Shown: positions 39,010-49,014 of the stretch, in pieces | Numbering within the stretch: position 1 is the stretch's first letter | Layout: each line of letters starts with the position of its first letter | DNA from: Dehalococcoidia bacterium | GTDB lineage: Bacteria > Chloroflexota > Dehalococcoidia > DSTF01 > JACRBR01 | DNA length: 64,000 nt | NCBI GenBank assembly: GCA_041494685.1 | Contig: JBGQBE010000002.1 | Span: 62,001 to 126,000, forward strand | Direction of reading: 5' to 3' | Made by a program: the position numbers and the translations under genes | The notes under the pieces: model-generated | Databases searched by the model: none | What the model was told of the DNA's origin: nothing | The model's input: the letters and a program-made list of their open reading frames with translations, nothing else

Positions 39010-41607
39010 GTGAGCGAACCCACGCGCATCGGCCCGCCCGCTGCCGGCGGCCATGCCATCTCGCTCGCCGATGCCCGGCGCTGGATCGCGATGGCGCTGG
39101 CCGGAGCCTGGGCGGGCTACTTCCTTTTCACCGGTATGCCGCAGCTCTCGCTGCACGTGTTCCCGCGCACCATCGTGTTCCACCTGCTGATCGCCGCCAT
39201 CGCCCTACTCTACGTGGCCTCGCTGGCCGCGGCGCGGCGGCTGCCGGGCGGCTCGCCGCTCGACCTGCCCGTGTTGGGGTTCATCGGCGCATACGCCATC
39301 GCGACGGTCGCGTCGATCAACTGGCGCGCCAGCGTGGAGCCGACCCTGCAGATCGGCGCCGCGATCGTCGCTTTCTACGCCCTCTCCGAACTGCCGCTCC
39401 TCAGCGCGCAGTCGCTTCGACGCGCCTTCATGCTCGTCGGCGGCGCGCTCGCGCTGTACGCGCTTTGGGTCGTGGGCAACGACTACGCGAACTACGTACG
39501 TTTCGTCCACGACGTCTCTGGAATCCACGCCGACAATATCTTCCCGCCGACTGTGCCGCGCGTGCACGACGTCAGCGACCACCCGAACGTCCTCGCGATG
39601 CTGCTCACGCTGTTCATGCCCTTCTACGCGCTCGCGGTGTACCGCGGCTCGTTCTGGGAGCGCGCAGGCGGCAGCGCCGGCATCATCGTGGGCGGCTGGG
39701 CGATCTTCCTCACCCTGTCACGCGGCGGCTGGATGGGCGTCGCCGGCGGCGGCGCCTTCACCGTCGCGGGCGCGTGGTTCACGCTGCGCACGCAGGAGCG
39801 GGAGGACGCCGGCGGGGCGTGGTCTTGGCAGGCATACCTGCCCAGCGGCTTCAGCCCGACGGCACTCGCCGCCGTACTGGGCGCGATCGTGCTGATCGTA
39901 GGGGGCACGCTGGCGTTCCTCAGCAGCTCATCGACGCGGCCCGGCTGGCTGTTCCGCAGCTCGCTCTCGCCGCGGCAGGACGCCTGGCGCGCGGGCCTCC
40001 ATATGTTCCGCGACCACCTGCCGCTGGGCGCGGGGCCCAGCTCGTTCGGACTGCTGTATCCGCAGTACGCGCACGGCGATTTTCTGGTGCACACGCAGCA
40101 CGCCCACAACGGCTTCCTCCAGGTCGCCGTCGATGCCGGCCTGCTGGGCATCGCCGCGCTGGCGCTGCTCGCAGCGGCGACGGCGTACACGCTCTGGCGC
40201 ACATGGGCCGCGGGCTCGCTCGAGCAGCGGCTGCTAGCGGTGACGTGCGGCGGCGCGCTCGTGGGGTTCTCGATCCACAACCAGGTGGACGCGGGCAACG
40301 TCTGGAAGGCGCCGGCGATCGCGCTGGCCTTCGTGGGCGCGATCATCGCGCGCAACTACGCCGAGGCGACGGGTGCGCGCACGCGCGGGCTGGAACTGCT
40401 GTGCACACGCGACGTCTGGACGCGTTACGCCGGGATGGCGATCGGCGGCACGCTGCTGGCGCTGCTGTGCGTGCAGTTCGCCGGCTGGTGGCGCATCGAT
40501 CGCGCGCACAGCGACTACTACAACGGCGTCGAGGCGCTGAACAAGGGCGAGCAGCCGGCCATCCGCGATTTGCAGAACGCCGTGAACGCCGACTCCAGCG
40601 ACATGGTCTACCAGATGCTGCTTGGCCAGGCACAGGCGACCGCGTTCCAGGACACGCAGAAGAAGGACCGCGCCCTGATCGACGCGGCGATCGTGCACCT
40701 GCAGCGCGCCGTCGCGCTCGACTATCGCAGCGACCTCGCGCACGCCAACCTCGCGCGCGCCTACGCGCTGGCCGGCCGCAACAATGACGCGCAGGCCGAG
40801 GCGAAGAAGACCCGCGTCATCGCGCGCTTCCACGTGCCGCCGGTGCTGGCCGCCGGCGAAGTGTTCGAAATGATCGGCGACACCGACGACGCCATCGACA
40901 CGTACGGCCAGGTGATCTCGATGGACTCCGGCCTCGCCGACGCCACCTTCTGGCAGGGCACGCCGTTCCGCCGCCAACACCTCAGCGCCATCATCGACAA
41001 GTCGTCACTGGGCTACAACCCGTGTACGGCGGGCGCCTACCTCGTGCAAGCCCACCGCTCCGATCCGCAGACGCCGCTCGACGGTCTGGACAAGGCGTCC
41101 CAGGGCTGCCAGCTGCTGCTCTTCTCGCTGCCCAACGACCTCACGCTGCGCGTGAGCTTCGCGAAGATCCTCATGCAGCAGGGGAAGATGGACGACGCGC
41201 GCGGGCACCTCGAATACGCCGTCAACCGGCAACCCGACTTCGGCCCGGCCCGCACCGAACTCGGCCGGCTGTACCAGCTACAGGGAAACGTCACGAAGGC
41301 ACGCGACGAGTGGGTCGTCGGCGGACAGCTCGAGGAGGCGGAGTCGATCCTGCTGCTCGGCAACTCGTACCCTGCCGATCAGGTGCCGGCGGTGCTGGTC
41401 GACCGGCTGCAGACGCTGCTCGGCAGCTCCGGCTCCAGCATCCAGAACGACATCGTCTCGATCCTGTACTACCGGCTCAAGTACGGCCGCCAGTCGCCGC
41501 ACTTCGCCATGATCCCCGGCGACTGGTCGCAGGCGGTCCCCCGGCTGTACCAGCAGATGGCGAGCGCGGTCCAGACCTGGAACCACGGCGCCGCGGCCAA
41601 GCCATAA
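39010..41607 (+). CDS. O-antigen ligase (Wzy_C)-like membrane protein with C-terminal TPRs
   Basis: HPNVLA, TLSRGG, GAGPSSF, HAHNGFLQ; TPR-like helices. Confidence 0.85.
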   Translation: MSEPTRIGPPAAGGHAISLADARRWIAMALAGAWAGYFLFTGMPQLSLHVFPRTIVFHLLIAAIALLYVASLAAARRLPGGSPLDLPVLGFIGAYAIATVASINWRASVEPTLQIGAAIVAFYALSELPLLSAQSLRRAFMLVGGALALYALWVVGNDYANYVRFVHDVSGIHADNIFPPTVPRVHDVSDHPNVLAMLLTLFMPFYALAVYRGSFWERAGGSAGIIVGGWAIFLTLSRGGWMGVAGGGAFTVAGAWFTLRTQEREDAGGAWSWQAYLPSGFSPTALAAVLGAIVLIVGGTLAFLSSSSTRPGWLFRSSLSPRQDAWRAGLHMFRDHLPLGAGPSSFGLLYPQYAHGDFLVHTQHAHNGFLQVAVDAGLLGIAALALLAAATAYTLWRTWAAGSLEQRLLAVTCGGALVGFSIHNQVDAGNVWKAPAIALAFVGAIIARNYAEATGARTRGLELLCTRDVWTRYAGMAIGGTLLALLCVQFAGWWRIDRAHSDYYNGVEALNKGEQPAIRDLQNAVNADSSDMVYQMLLGQAQATAFQDTQKKDRALIDAAIVHLQRAVALDYRSDLAHANLARAYALAGRNNDAQAEAKKTRVIARFHVPPVLAAGEVFEMIGDTDDAIDTYGQVISMDSGLADATFWQGTPFRRQHLSAIIDKSSLGYNPCTAGAYLVQAHRSDPQTPLDGLDKASQGCQLLLFSLPNDLTLRVSFAKILMQQGKMDDARGHLEYAVNRQPDFGPARTELGRLYQLQGNVTKARDEWVVGGQLEEAESILLLGNSYPADQVPAVLVDRLQTLLGSSGSSIQNDIVSILYYRLKYGRQSPHFAMIPGDWSQAVPRLYQQMASAVQTWNHGAAAKP

Positions 41608-41783
41608 CCCTCCCCTCGCGAGCCTGGGACCGGCGCATCTGCGAGCGCTTGACGCCCGACCGTACGGGAATCGTTCCGTTTTCGAAACCGCAAGCTCCCG
41701 AGCGTTAACCTTTGTGGCGCTTCGGGCGTTCTACCCTGAGATGGAAGAGGACACGTGGACGGCCTTTCGATGCACGGGGTACC

Positions 41784-42422
41784 ATGACCCTGAGCCCTTC
41801 GTTCAGAAACGAGGTTTCGCGGTTGGAATTCCCGTCCTTCCATGCTGTCTCGCCCAATCTCGAACGCGAGACGGTGGATCGCGCGCGGTCCGGCGATCAG
41901 CAGGCCCTGGCCGACATCTACGACTGGTACATGCCTCGCGTGTACCGGTATGCGTTGGCGCGCATGGGCAACACCGCCGAGGCGGAGGATCTGACCGAAG
42001 AGGTCTTCCTGAAGATGCTGGGCGCGATCGGCGACTTTCGCTGGAAGGACGTGCCGTTCTCCTCGTGGATCTTCCGCATCGCGCACAACCACGTCGCGAC
42101 GCACTTCCGCCGCAACGCCCAGCGGGGCGGGCCGACGACGGAATTGAGCGAGGAGATGGTGGATTACCGGCACGACCTGGCAACGGCCGTCGAAGAACGG
42201 CTGCAGATGGAGGAGGTGCGCCGCGCCACCGCACTGCTGCCGGATGCGCAACGCGAAGTGATCGCACTGCGCTTCGCCGTCGGGCTGTCGATCGCCGACA
42301 CGGCGAAGGTGTTGGGGAAGCGGGAGGGCAACGTCAAGGCGCTGCAGCATAAGGCCGTCGCGCGCCTGCAGAAGATGCTGGTGCCCGATACGCCCGGCCG
42401 CATCGAAGCGAAGAGGATATGA
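41784..42422 (+). CDS. ECF sigma-70 factor
   Basis: AEDLTEEVF, FSSWIFRIAHN, region 4 HTH; start uncertain. Confidence 0.9.
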   Translation: MTLSPSFRNEVSRLEFPSFHAVSPNLERETVDRARSGDQQALADIYDWYMPRVYRYALARMGNTAEAEDLTEEVFLKMLGAIGDFRWKDVPFSSWIFRIAHNHVATHFRRNAQRGGPTTELSEEMVDYRHDLATAVEERLQMEEVRRATALLPDAQREVIALRFAVGLSIADTAKVLGKREGNVKALQHKAVARLQKMLVPDTPGRIEAKRI

Positions 42423-43864
42423 CGGAGTTCGAAACACGGTTGAGCGCATGCCTGGAGGCCCTCCGCGAGGGCCGCTGGGACGTCGACGAGTGCCTCCGGC
42501 GCTACCCGGAAGACGCCGCGACGCTGCACCCGCACCTGCTCGCCGCTGCTGCCGTCGCGCACGCCTACGAGGCGCAGCCGCGCGCGAAGTTCGTCCGCGA
42601 CGCGCGCCAGCGCTTCCTCGTCGCGAGTGGCCAGCACCTGCAAGAGGCGTTCGACCACGAGCCCGACCCGTCGTTCTTCGCCGCCGCGCGCGTGCGCTTC
42701 CTGATGACGGCGCACAAGATGAAGGCCGGCCAGCGTGAGCAGCGCCGCCGCCTGATCCCGTTCATGGAACGCAACTTCCGCCCCCTGGCCGTCGGCATGG
42801 CCGTGCTCGTCATGTTCCTGTCGTTCTCGACCTACACCGTCAGTTCCGCCAGCAACGCGTTGCCGGGCGACTGGCAGTATTCCGTGAAGCTCCAGACCGA
42901 GCGCGTCCGCCTCGCGCTGGCGATGAGCGACGGCGCCAGGCGCGACGTGCAGCTCGATATCGCCGACGAGCGCGCACACGAGATCGAGCGCCTTGCGCGG
43001 CATCACCGCCACGTGAGCCAGAGCGTGATCCGGCGCATGGTGGACCAGACGCAGCCACTCGTCGACGATGCCGGCCAGAACTGGAACTCGCAAGACCTCG
43101 CGCGGCTGGAGACGGTGTCGGAGCGGCAGAAGACGGCGCTGAGCCAGGCCCAGCCGGTGATCGACCCCGCGGCGCACGGCGAAGTTGCGATGGCAGTGGA
43201 CCTGTCGCAGAAGGGCGTAGAAGTGAGCAACCATCTGCTCGCCGACCGGCCCGACGCGCCGCCGCGCGTCATCACGCCGGGCGTGCCGCTGAGCGCGCTC
43301 GACACGACTCCTACGCCGGACGTCTCCGCGCCTCCGACCGATACGCCCGTCGCGTCAACGACGCCGCGGGCGACGCCGACGGCCGGCGCGGACCCGAGCC
43401 GCACGCCCGGCGCCAGTCAGATCACCGTCGACAAGACGCCCGTGCTCGTGCGCGGCAAGATCGCGTGGATGCGGCTGTCGGTCGGCCACATCATGGCGCT
43501 GATCCCGTCGCCCGCGGACGGCTGGAACATCGCAGGCCTGGACGTGGCGGACGGACCGCAGCCCGCGCCGACGCTCGTGAAACTGTCGAACGCCGATGGC
43601 ACGTCGCTGATCACGCTGAACCCCATGAAGGGCGACCTGTACTGGTTCATCGCCATCAACGGGCGGTTCGATGAAGTGCAGATGCGCATCGCCCAGGCCG
43701 ACGGCAGCGTGAACGTGGCGGACGAAGACTACCTGCGCACGGTGTATGGCGACGCAGCGGCGGTCCCGCTGTACGTACTGAAGAGCATCGAGTACACGCT
43801 GCCGTCGACCGCCACGCCGGAGCCGAGCGAGACACCGGCCGCCGAGCCGACCGCGACCCCCTAG
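42419..43864 (+). CDS. Putative anti-sigma factor (DUF5667-like)
   Basis: ATGA overlap with the sigma gene; CLRRYPE N-terminus, single TM, ALPGDWQYSVK. Confidence 0.7.
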   Translation: MTEFETRLSACLEALREGRWDVDECLRRYPEDAATLHPHLLAAAAVAHAYEAQPRAKFVRDARQRFLVASGQHLQEAFDHEPDPSFFAAARVRFLMTAHKMKAGQREQRRRLIPFMERNFRPLAVGMAVLVMFLSFSTYTVSSASNALPGDWQYSVKLQTERVRLALAMSDGARRDVQLDIADERAHEIERLARHHRHVSQSVIRRMVDQTQPLVDDAGQNWNSQDLARLETVSERQKTALSQAQPVIDPAAHGEVAMAVDLSQKGVEVSNHLLADRPDAPPRVITPGVPLSALDTTPTPDVSAPPTDTPVASTTPRATPTAGADPSRTPGASQITVDKTPVLVRGKIAWMRLSVGHIMALIPSPADGWNIAGLDVADGPQPAPTLVKLSNADGTSLITLNPMKGDLYWFIAINGRFDEVQMRIAQADGSVNVADEDYLRTVYGDAAAVPLYVLKSIEYTLPSTATPEPSETPAAEPTATP

Positions 43865-43919
43865 CCGCTCGCGCGCAACGGGCTCGCACCGGTACGCTGT
43901 GTGCGTCACGGCATTGCGA

Positions 43920-43995
43920 GGGCCCTTAGCTCAGCTGGCAGAGCAGCGGACTTTTAATCCGTCGGTCCTGGGTTCGAATCCCAGAGGGCCCACCA
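43920..43995 (+). tRNA. tRNA-Lys (anticodon UUU)
   Basis: GGGCCCT/AGGGCCC acceptor stem, CTTTTAA anticodon loop, GGTTCGAATCC, encoded CCA. Confidence 0.97.
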
Positions 43996-44399
43996 AATAC
44001 CCAGATGTTGAATCTGCGCCGTTGGTAGATGTTACATTTGCCTGAGAGGTTTCGGGCGAATTAGACCAACGGACTATTTTCGCGTTGGCCACCGTGAAGT
44101 TCACGTCAAGCAGGTGTGAAGGACACGCCACTTGGTGTGAACCAGGATTCTGGAGTGGCCATGAACAGTACGTCCACATCCCTATGGGAGCGCCACGTCA
44201 CCGTCGATTTCAAAGTCCGCTCGGGCCCCACGCGCAAGATGGTCGGGGGGAGGGAGCAGTGTCAGGCGCGGCGTGGGCCGGTAGAAAAATTGCCAGCAAC
44301 AATCCGACGGCGCACAGGCGCGCGCGAATCGCAGTCTAAATTCGACAGCGGCGGGCGGTTTGTCTGAGTGCGCCGCCAAACCAGTGAGAACGTACGTTG

Positions 44400-45053
44400 T
44401 TAGTAGTACCTTCGATCATCAATGATCCCTGGCAAATCGTGTATTGAATCTAACAAGTGGGTTGCGCCGGTGAAATCGTGACTCGCAGTAAACGCATTGT
44501 AGACCACAGCGCAGTCAATGCCAGCGGCGATTGCTGCTTGCAGTCCGCGCTGCGAGTCCTCCACCACCAGGCACTCGTCCGCGCTCGCGCCAAAGCGGCT
44601 GAGAGCGAGCAGATAAGGTTCCGGATCGGGCTTGGACGAAACATAATCTTCGCGAGTGAGAACGAAGTCCATAAACCGAAGTAAATTTCTCTTGCGGTGA
44701 ATCAAATCGAAATGCGCACGCGTTGAGGTAGTGACAATCGCCATGTTCACGTTGCTATCTCTGGCTAGCCTTGCCAGTACCCGCTCCACACCCGGTATCT
44801 CGATCGTTTCCTGCGCCAGGTGCGCCTGGTAGTAGGCATCCCGCTGTTGCCGTTTGGCGACGATCCGCTCTGGGTTGATTCCCGCTTGCGCAGCCAGCTC
44901 CCAACTCGATGCGCCACGCACCATGCGCTCCTGGTAGGTTTCCTCGTCCAGATGCACGCCCAGTTCCCCCAGCGCGCGCTGTGTGGCTTTGAAATACCAA
45001 TGTTCGGTATCGACCAGCACACCGTCGTTGTCCCAGAGAATGTATCGCTTCAC
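44400..45053 (-). CDS. HAD-family phosphatase (beta-PGM/CbbY-like)
   Basis: WDNDGVLVDTE, VTTS, SKPDPEPY, VEDSQRG. Confidence 0.9.
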   Translation of the reverse strand: MKRYILWDNDGVLVDTEHWYFKATQRALGELGVHLDEETYQERMVRGASSWELAAQAGINPERIVAKRQQRDAYYQAHLAQETIEIPGVERVLARLARDSNVNMAIVTTSTRAHFDLIHRKRNLLRFMDFVLTREDYVSSKPDPEPYLLALSRFGASADECLVVEDSQRGLQAAIAAGIDCAVVYNAFTASHDFTGATHLLDSIHDLPGIIDDRRYY

Positions 45054-45128
45054 GGATATATCAACGTCGATTGCATGTTCCCGATCATACTCACAGCGGC
45101 CAAGGGATCGCCGTGGCGTGTCATGCTG

Positions 45129-45230
45129 CTATCTGTAGTGAACCGCCAGCCAGATCGTCTCGGTGTCGGGTGTGGTCCACGCCACCCTGTGCTTTGTGTG
45201 CGCCGGAATCGTGAGATAGCAGCCGGCCAA
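45129..45230 (-). pseudogene. 3' fragment of a cupin-domain gene
   Basis: GCYLTIPAHTKHRVAWTTPDTETIWLAVHYR is cupin motif 2; no N-terminal half, cut off near the purC stop. Confidence 0.6.
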
Positions 45231-45282
45231 GCAGCCGACGGGATCTTGATCCAGAGGTCCGGAGACTTCGTGTAGACGTGTA

Positions 45283-46176
45283 CTAGAACCGCTGCAACTC
45301 GTTGCCAGTGAGGCGCGTGAACGCTTCCCGGTAGCGGTCCGCCGTCTCCTCGACGATGTCGTCCGGGAGCGTCGGCGGCGGCGGCTCACGGTTCCAGCCG
45401 CTCTGCAGAAGCCAGTCGCGGACGAACTGCTTATCGAAGCTTGGCTGCGAGTGTCCTGGCTCGTAGCGGTCCGTCGGCCAGAACCGGCTCGAATCCGGGG
45501 TCAGGATCTCGTCGATGAGGATCGGTTCCCCGTCGACAATGCCGAACTCGAACTTCGTGTCAGCGATGATGATCCCGCGCTCGCGAGCGTAGCCAGCGGC
45601 GTAGGTGTAGAGCGCCAGGCTGCGAAGGCGGACGGTATTCGCGATCTCTGGCCCGACCATCTGGACGAGGTCAGAGTAGGGCATGTTCAGGTCGTGTCCG
45701 ACCTCAGCCTTAGTGGTCGGCGTAAAGAGCGGTTCCGACAGCTCCTGCGACTCGACCAGCCCGGCAGGAAGGCGCAGTCCGCAGACGCGGCCCGTCTCCT
45801 TGTACTCTGCCCACCCCGAGCCGGCCAGGTAACCGCGGACGATGCATTCGACGTCGAGGCGGTCGCCCTTCTTGACGATCATGCTCCGGCCGCGCAGCTC
45901 TAGCGGAAGCGCGAAGGCTAGACCGTCGCCGTCCGATCCGTCTGCGAGGCGAAGGTAGTGGTTCGGCACGACCTCTTTCGTCATCTCGAACCAGAACTTC
46001 GACATCTGAGTGAGCACGGCCCCTTTGTCCGGGATCCCGTTCGGCAGGATGAAGTCGAACGCCGAAATGCGGTCCGTGGCGACCATCAGGAGCCGGCCGT
46101 CGCCGAGGTCGTACGTTTCGCGCACCTTGCCCCGGTAGGTCGAGTTGGCGATGGTGGACTGCAGGATAACCGTCAT
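45283..46176 (-). CDS. purC: SAICAR synthetase
   Basis: YRGKVRE, ATDRISAFD, ECIVRGYLAGSG, TPTTKA, ADTKFEFG, DEILTPDSSRFW, DKQFVRDWL. Confidence 0.96.
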   Translation of the reverse strand: MTVILQSTIANSTYRGKVRETYDLGDGRLLMVATDRISAFDFILPNGIPDKGAVLTQMSKFWFEMTKEVVPNHYLRLADGSDGDGLAFALPLELRGRSMIVKKGDRLDVECIVRGYLAGSGWAEYKETGRVCGLRLPAGLVESQELSEPLFTPTTKAEVGHDLNMPYSDLVQMVGPEIANTVRLRSLALYTYAAGYARERGIIIADTKFEFGIVDGEPILIDEILTPDSSRFWPTDRYEPGHSQPSFDKQFVRDWLLQSGWNREPPPPTLPDDIVEETADRYREAFTRLTGNELQRF

Positions 46177-46438
46177 GGGTGTGCCTCCGAGAATCTTGTG
46201 GCAGGCTCCGCCTGCCACTGGCCCGCCAGGCCCGAACGCTAGGACCCGCGACCCTCTTCCCTCGGGGCTGTATGAGCCCCATCGGGGCGAACCTCTTGTC
46301 GATCCTCATGCACCATAGGGCGCCCATTTGGTGCGATTCCAGGCCATTAAGATATCCTTTTGAACCCGCTATCGTGGGTTGCATGAACTCCAAAACGCGC
46401 CTATTGTAACAGCGGAGCGTAACTCGTTGGAGGCCCGG

Positions 46439-47476
46439 ATGGAGGATGGTAGTCCCAGGAGAGTCACCCAGAAGGACATTGCGGACAGAACCGGCCACTC
46501 GCTGAAGACGGTGAATCTTGCCTTGAACAACAGCCCTCGAGTGGGGTCGGCCGCCAAGAAGACTATAGAGGACGTTGCCGTTGAGCTCGGCTACGTGTTT
46601 CACCGGGAGCGGTCCGGTCGTCTTGGTCTGATAGCCGGTGCGATAAATCACCCATACTACTCAGACGTCATCGACGCGATTGTCCAGGCTGCCTCGCTGG
46701 AGGCTGGGTACGGGGTCGACATCCGGATTACGCGCGGGTTCATTGGAGCCGAGTTGCAGGCCATCAACGAACTCGACCAGCTCGGTGCCGAAGGCCTCCT
46801 GCTACTCAGCCCCAGACTGCCAGAAGCACGACTCGAGTCATTGGTCCGTCGATCCAGGCCGATCGTTGTCGTCAACGCCGACGTCAAGGCGAGACCAGGC
46901 TTGGAGTCCATAAAGGTCGACAACGAGAAGGCAGCGAGAGAACTCACCGCGGCACTCATCGCCAAGGGGCATCAGAACTTCTCTTACCTCTCGGGCCCTG
47001 CCAGCCAGACTAACTTCGCAAGACGGCGGGGCTGCGAGATCGAGTTGGCCAGTCATACCCCTCCGTTGCCCGACCTCTTAGTGTTCTCGGGGGGTGACGA
47101 CCAGTCTGGATTCGAGGCAGGGGCAAAAGCCTGTCGGCATCTGCTAGAGGCGCACCTCGAGCGATTTCCTACGGCAGTGATCTGCTACAACGACAGATAT
47201 GCGCTCGGTGCCTTGTATGAACTCCAACAAGCGAAGAAGAGCATTCCGAAAGATGTCAGCGTTGCAGGCTTCGACGGGTTGGAGTTCACAGAGTACTGTG
47301 TCCCGCAACTCAGCACAGTGGAGCTGCCACGCGCACAGATCGGGCGTCTAGCGGTTCATAAGCTGCTCGTCCTCATGGGCGTGCGACCCCCGGGATCCGA
47401 CGAGGGAGAACTGCCGCCCCTCAGGGTTCAGCTTCGCGGCTCTGTGGACGACGCGCCGACCGAATCTCGAAGGTGA
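46439..47476 (+). CDS. LacI/PurR-family regulator
   Basis: TQKDIA..TGHSLKTVNLALN, ELGY, NDRYALG, VSVAGFDG; GGAGG before ATG 46439. Confidence 0.9.
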   Translation: MEDGSPRRVTQKDIADRTGHSLKTVNLALNNSPRVGSAAKKTIEDVAVELGYVFHRERSGRLGLIAGAINHPYYSDVIDAIVQAASLEAGYGVDIRITRGFIGAELQAINELDQLGAEGLLLLSPRLPEARLESLVRRSRPIVVVNADVKARPGLESIKVDNEKAARELTAALIAKGHQNFSYLSGPASQTNFARRRGCEIELASHTPPLPDLLVFSGGDDQSGFEAGAKACRHLLEAHLERFPTAVICYNDRYALGALYELQQAKKSIPKDVSVAGFDGLEFTEYCVPQLSTVELPRAQIGRLAVHKLLVLMGVRPPGSDEGELPPLRVQLRGSVDDAPTESRR

Positions 47477-47867
47477 CCGAAGCGGCTATCTCGTTTCGCC
47501 TGGTCCGAGACGTTCTCAGACCCGCACAACGCACTTCTTCGGGGCAGCCTCCTTGCCAGCCCCGCATTGGCAAGGACAGTCTGCCCCTAAACACGCAGAG
47601 TATTCACCGTGGCGGCTTACTAGTGCATTGCGACCTTGAAGTTTCGCAGTAGGTGAGGGACTCTATCTCTGCACAGGCGGGGGGGGCAGGGAAGGTGACT
47701 CGCGAACTACCCGCACGCATGAACTTGTGTGTGGGACGCGCTCGTGATCTAATCCTCTCCTCAGATGTCGTCCGGGCAAGTCCGGAGGACTCGTCTGCGA
47801 TGTGTAGCGGTTCTACCGGTGCGCAGATTCGGCGTTGACTGACGGACATGATAATACGACTACGAGC

Positions 47868-47912
47868 CTTTTAATCCCTCGATCCCGGGTTCGAATCCCA
47901 GAAGGCCCACCA
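47868..47912 (+). repeat. tRNA-Lys 3' fragment (att site)
   Basis: cttttaatccctcgatcccgggttcgaatcccagaaggcccacca; no 5' half or D arm. Confidence 0.9.
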
Positions 47913-48129
47913 CTTGCCCCCGACGCCGGGGCATTGCTCACGGCCGCCGCGAGCCGGCCTTCGCAGCGATAGACGTGACGTCGGCGCCCATGCTAACCTG
48001 ACACTCTCACGAGCCACAGGTCGCAGTCGCAGCTTCGACCGACGTTCGCCGCGCTGCGGGCGGCCCGCGTAGCAAGCCGGGCGAGGCGGGTGCCTCGATT
48101 CCTCGATTCCAGGCAAGAAGGAGCGGACC

Positions 48130-48762
48130 ATGACACTGAGACTGGGCGATAAGGCGCCGGACTTCACGCAGGATTCCACCGAGGGCCAGATCAACTTCAG
48201 CGACTGGAAGGGCGACAGCTGGGCCGTCCTCTTCTCCCATCCCGCCGATTTCACACCCGTCTGCACCACCGAGCTCGGCATGGTCGCCCGCCTCAAGCCC
48301 GAGTTCGACAAGCGCAACGTCAAGGTCATCGGCCTCAGCGTCGATCCCCTCGAGTCCCACATCCGCTGGGTCGGCGACATCGCCGAGACGCAGGGCGCCG
48401 CCCTCAACTTCCCCCTGCTGGCGGATGCCGACCGCAAGGTCGCGCTGCTCTACGACATGATCCACCCGGCCGCCGAAGCCACCTTCACCGTGCGCTCGGT
48501 CTTCATCATCGACCCCAAGGGCGTCGTCCGCCTGATCCTCACGTACCCGGCCGCCACCGGCCGCAACTTCGACGAGATCCTGCGGGTCATCGACTCACTG
48601 CAGCTGACGGACTCGCAGAGGGTCGCCACCCCTGTGAACTGGAAAGCCGGCGAAGACGTCGTGATCCTGCCGACGATCCCGAACGACGAGGCCGACAAGC
48701 TCTTCCCACAGGGGTACCGGCAGCTCAAGCCCTACCTGCGCATGACCAAGCCGCGCAGCTAG
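48130..48762 (+). CDS. 1-Cys peroxiredoxin (Prx6)
   Basis: FSHPADFTPVCTTE, GRNFDEILR. Confidence 0.95.
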   Translation: MTLRLGDKAPDFTQDSTEGQINFSDWKGDSWAVLFSHPADFTPVCTTELGMVARLKPEFDKRNVKVIGLSVDPLESHIRWVGDIAETQGAALNFPLLADADRKVALLYDMIHPAAEATFTVRSVFIIDPKGVVRLILTYPAATGRNFDEILRVIDSLQLTDSQRVATPVNWKAGEDVVILPTIPNDEADKLFPQGYRQLKPYLRMTKPRS

Positions 48763-49014
48763 CGCGACGGCGTCGCCGGGTCCATGATTGATCGTGCAGC
48801 GGGAAGGCCACGGAAACGGCCTTCCCGCTTCGTCGTCCCAGGCGAACGCACGCCGACGGGGCCGCGCCCATCTTCTCCAGACCGCGATTGCGCCCCACGT
48901 TGGAAAACTCCTTGACCGGGACGCTGCAAACGCGCGCCCGCAGCGTTTATGATGGTGTGCCGCGGCACGGGCGGGTGGAGCGCCGTGCCAGCGATCCGGA
49001 CCGGAGGAGAGACG

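Larger units (their letters stand above)
43951..47912. mobile_element. Integrase-less genomic islet at tRNA-Lys
   Basis: 45-nt direct repeat of the tRNA 3' half (43951-43995 and 47868-47912, 4 mismatches); interior visibly lower in GC (not computed). Confidence 0.8.

Noticed and set aside
41684..41708. ECF autoregulatory promoter GAAAC..CGTT
   Set aside because: The 14-nt spacing is shorter than typical; not enough support
46177..46330. ZTP or purine riboswitch upstream of purC
   Set aside because: Hairpins are present but the conserved aptamer motifs could not be found by eye
47477..47867. Integrase remnant at the islet end
   Set aside because: Short ORFs here and at 43996-44399 show no recognisable recombinase motif
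47868..47912. Second tRNA-Lys gene
   Set aside because: Only the 3' half is present; interpreted as an att site
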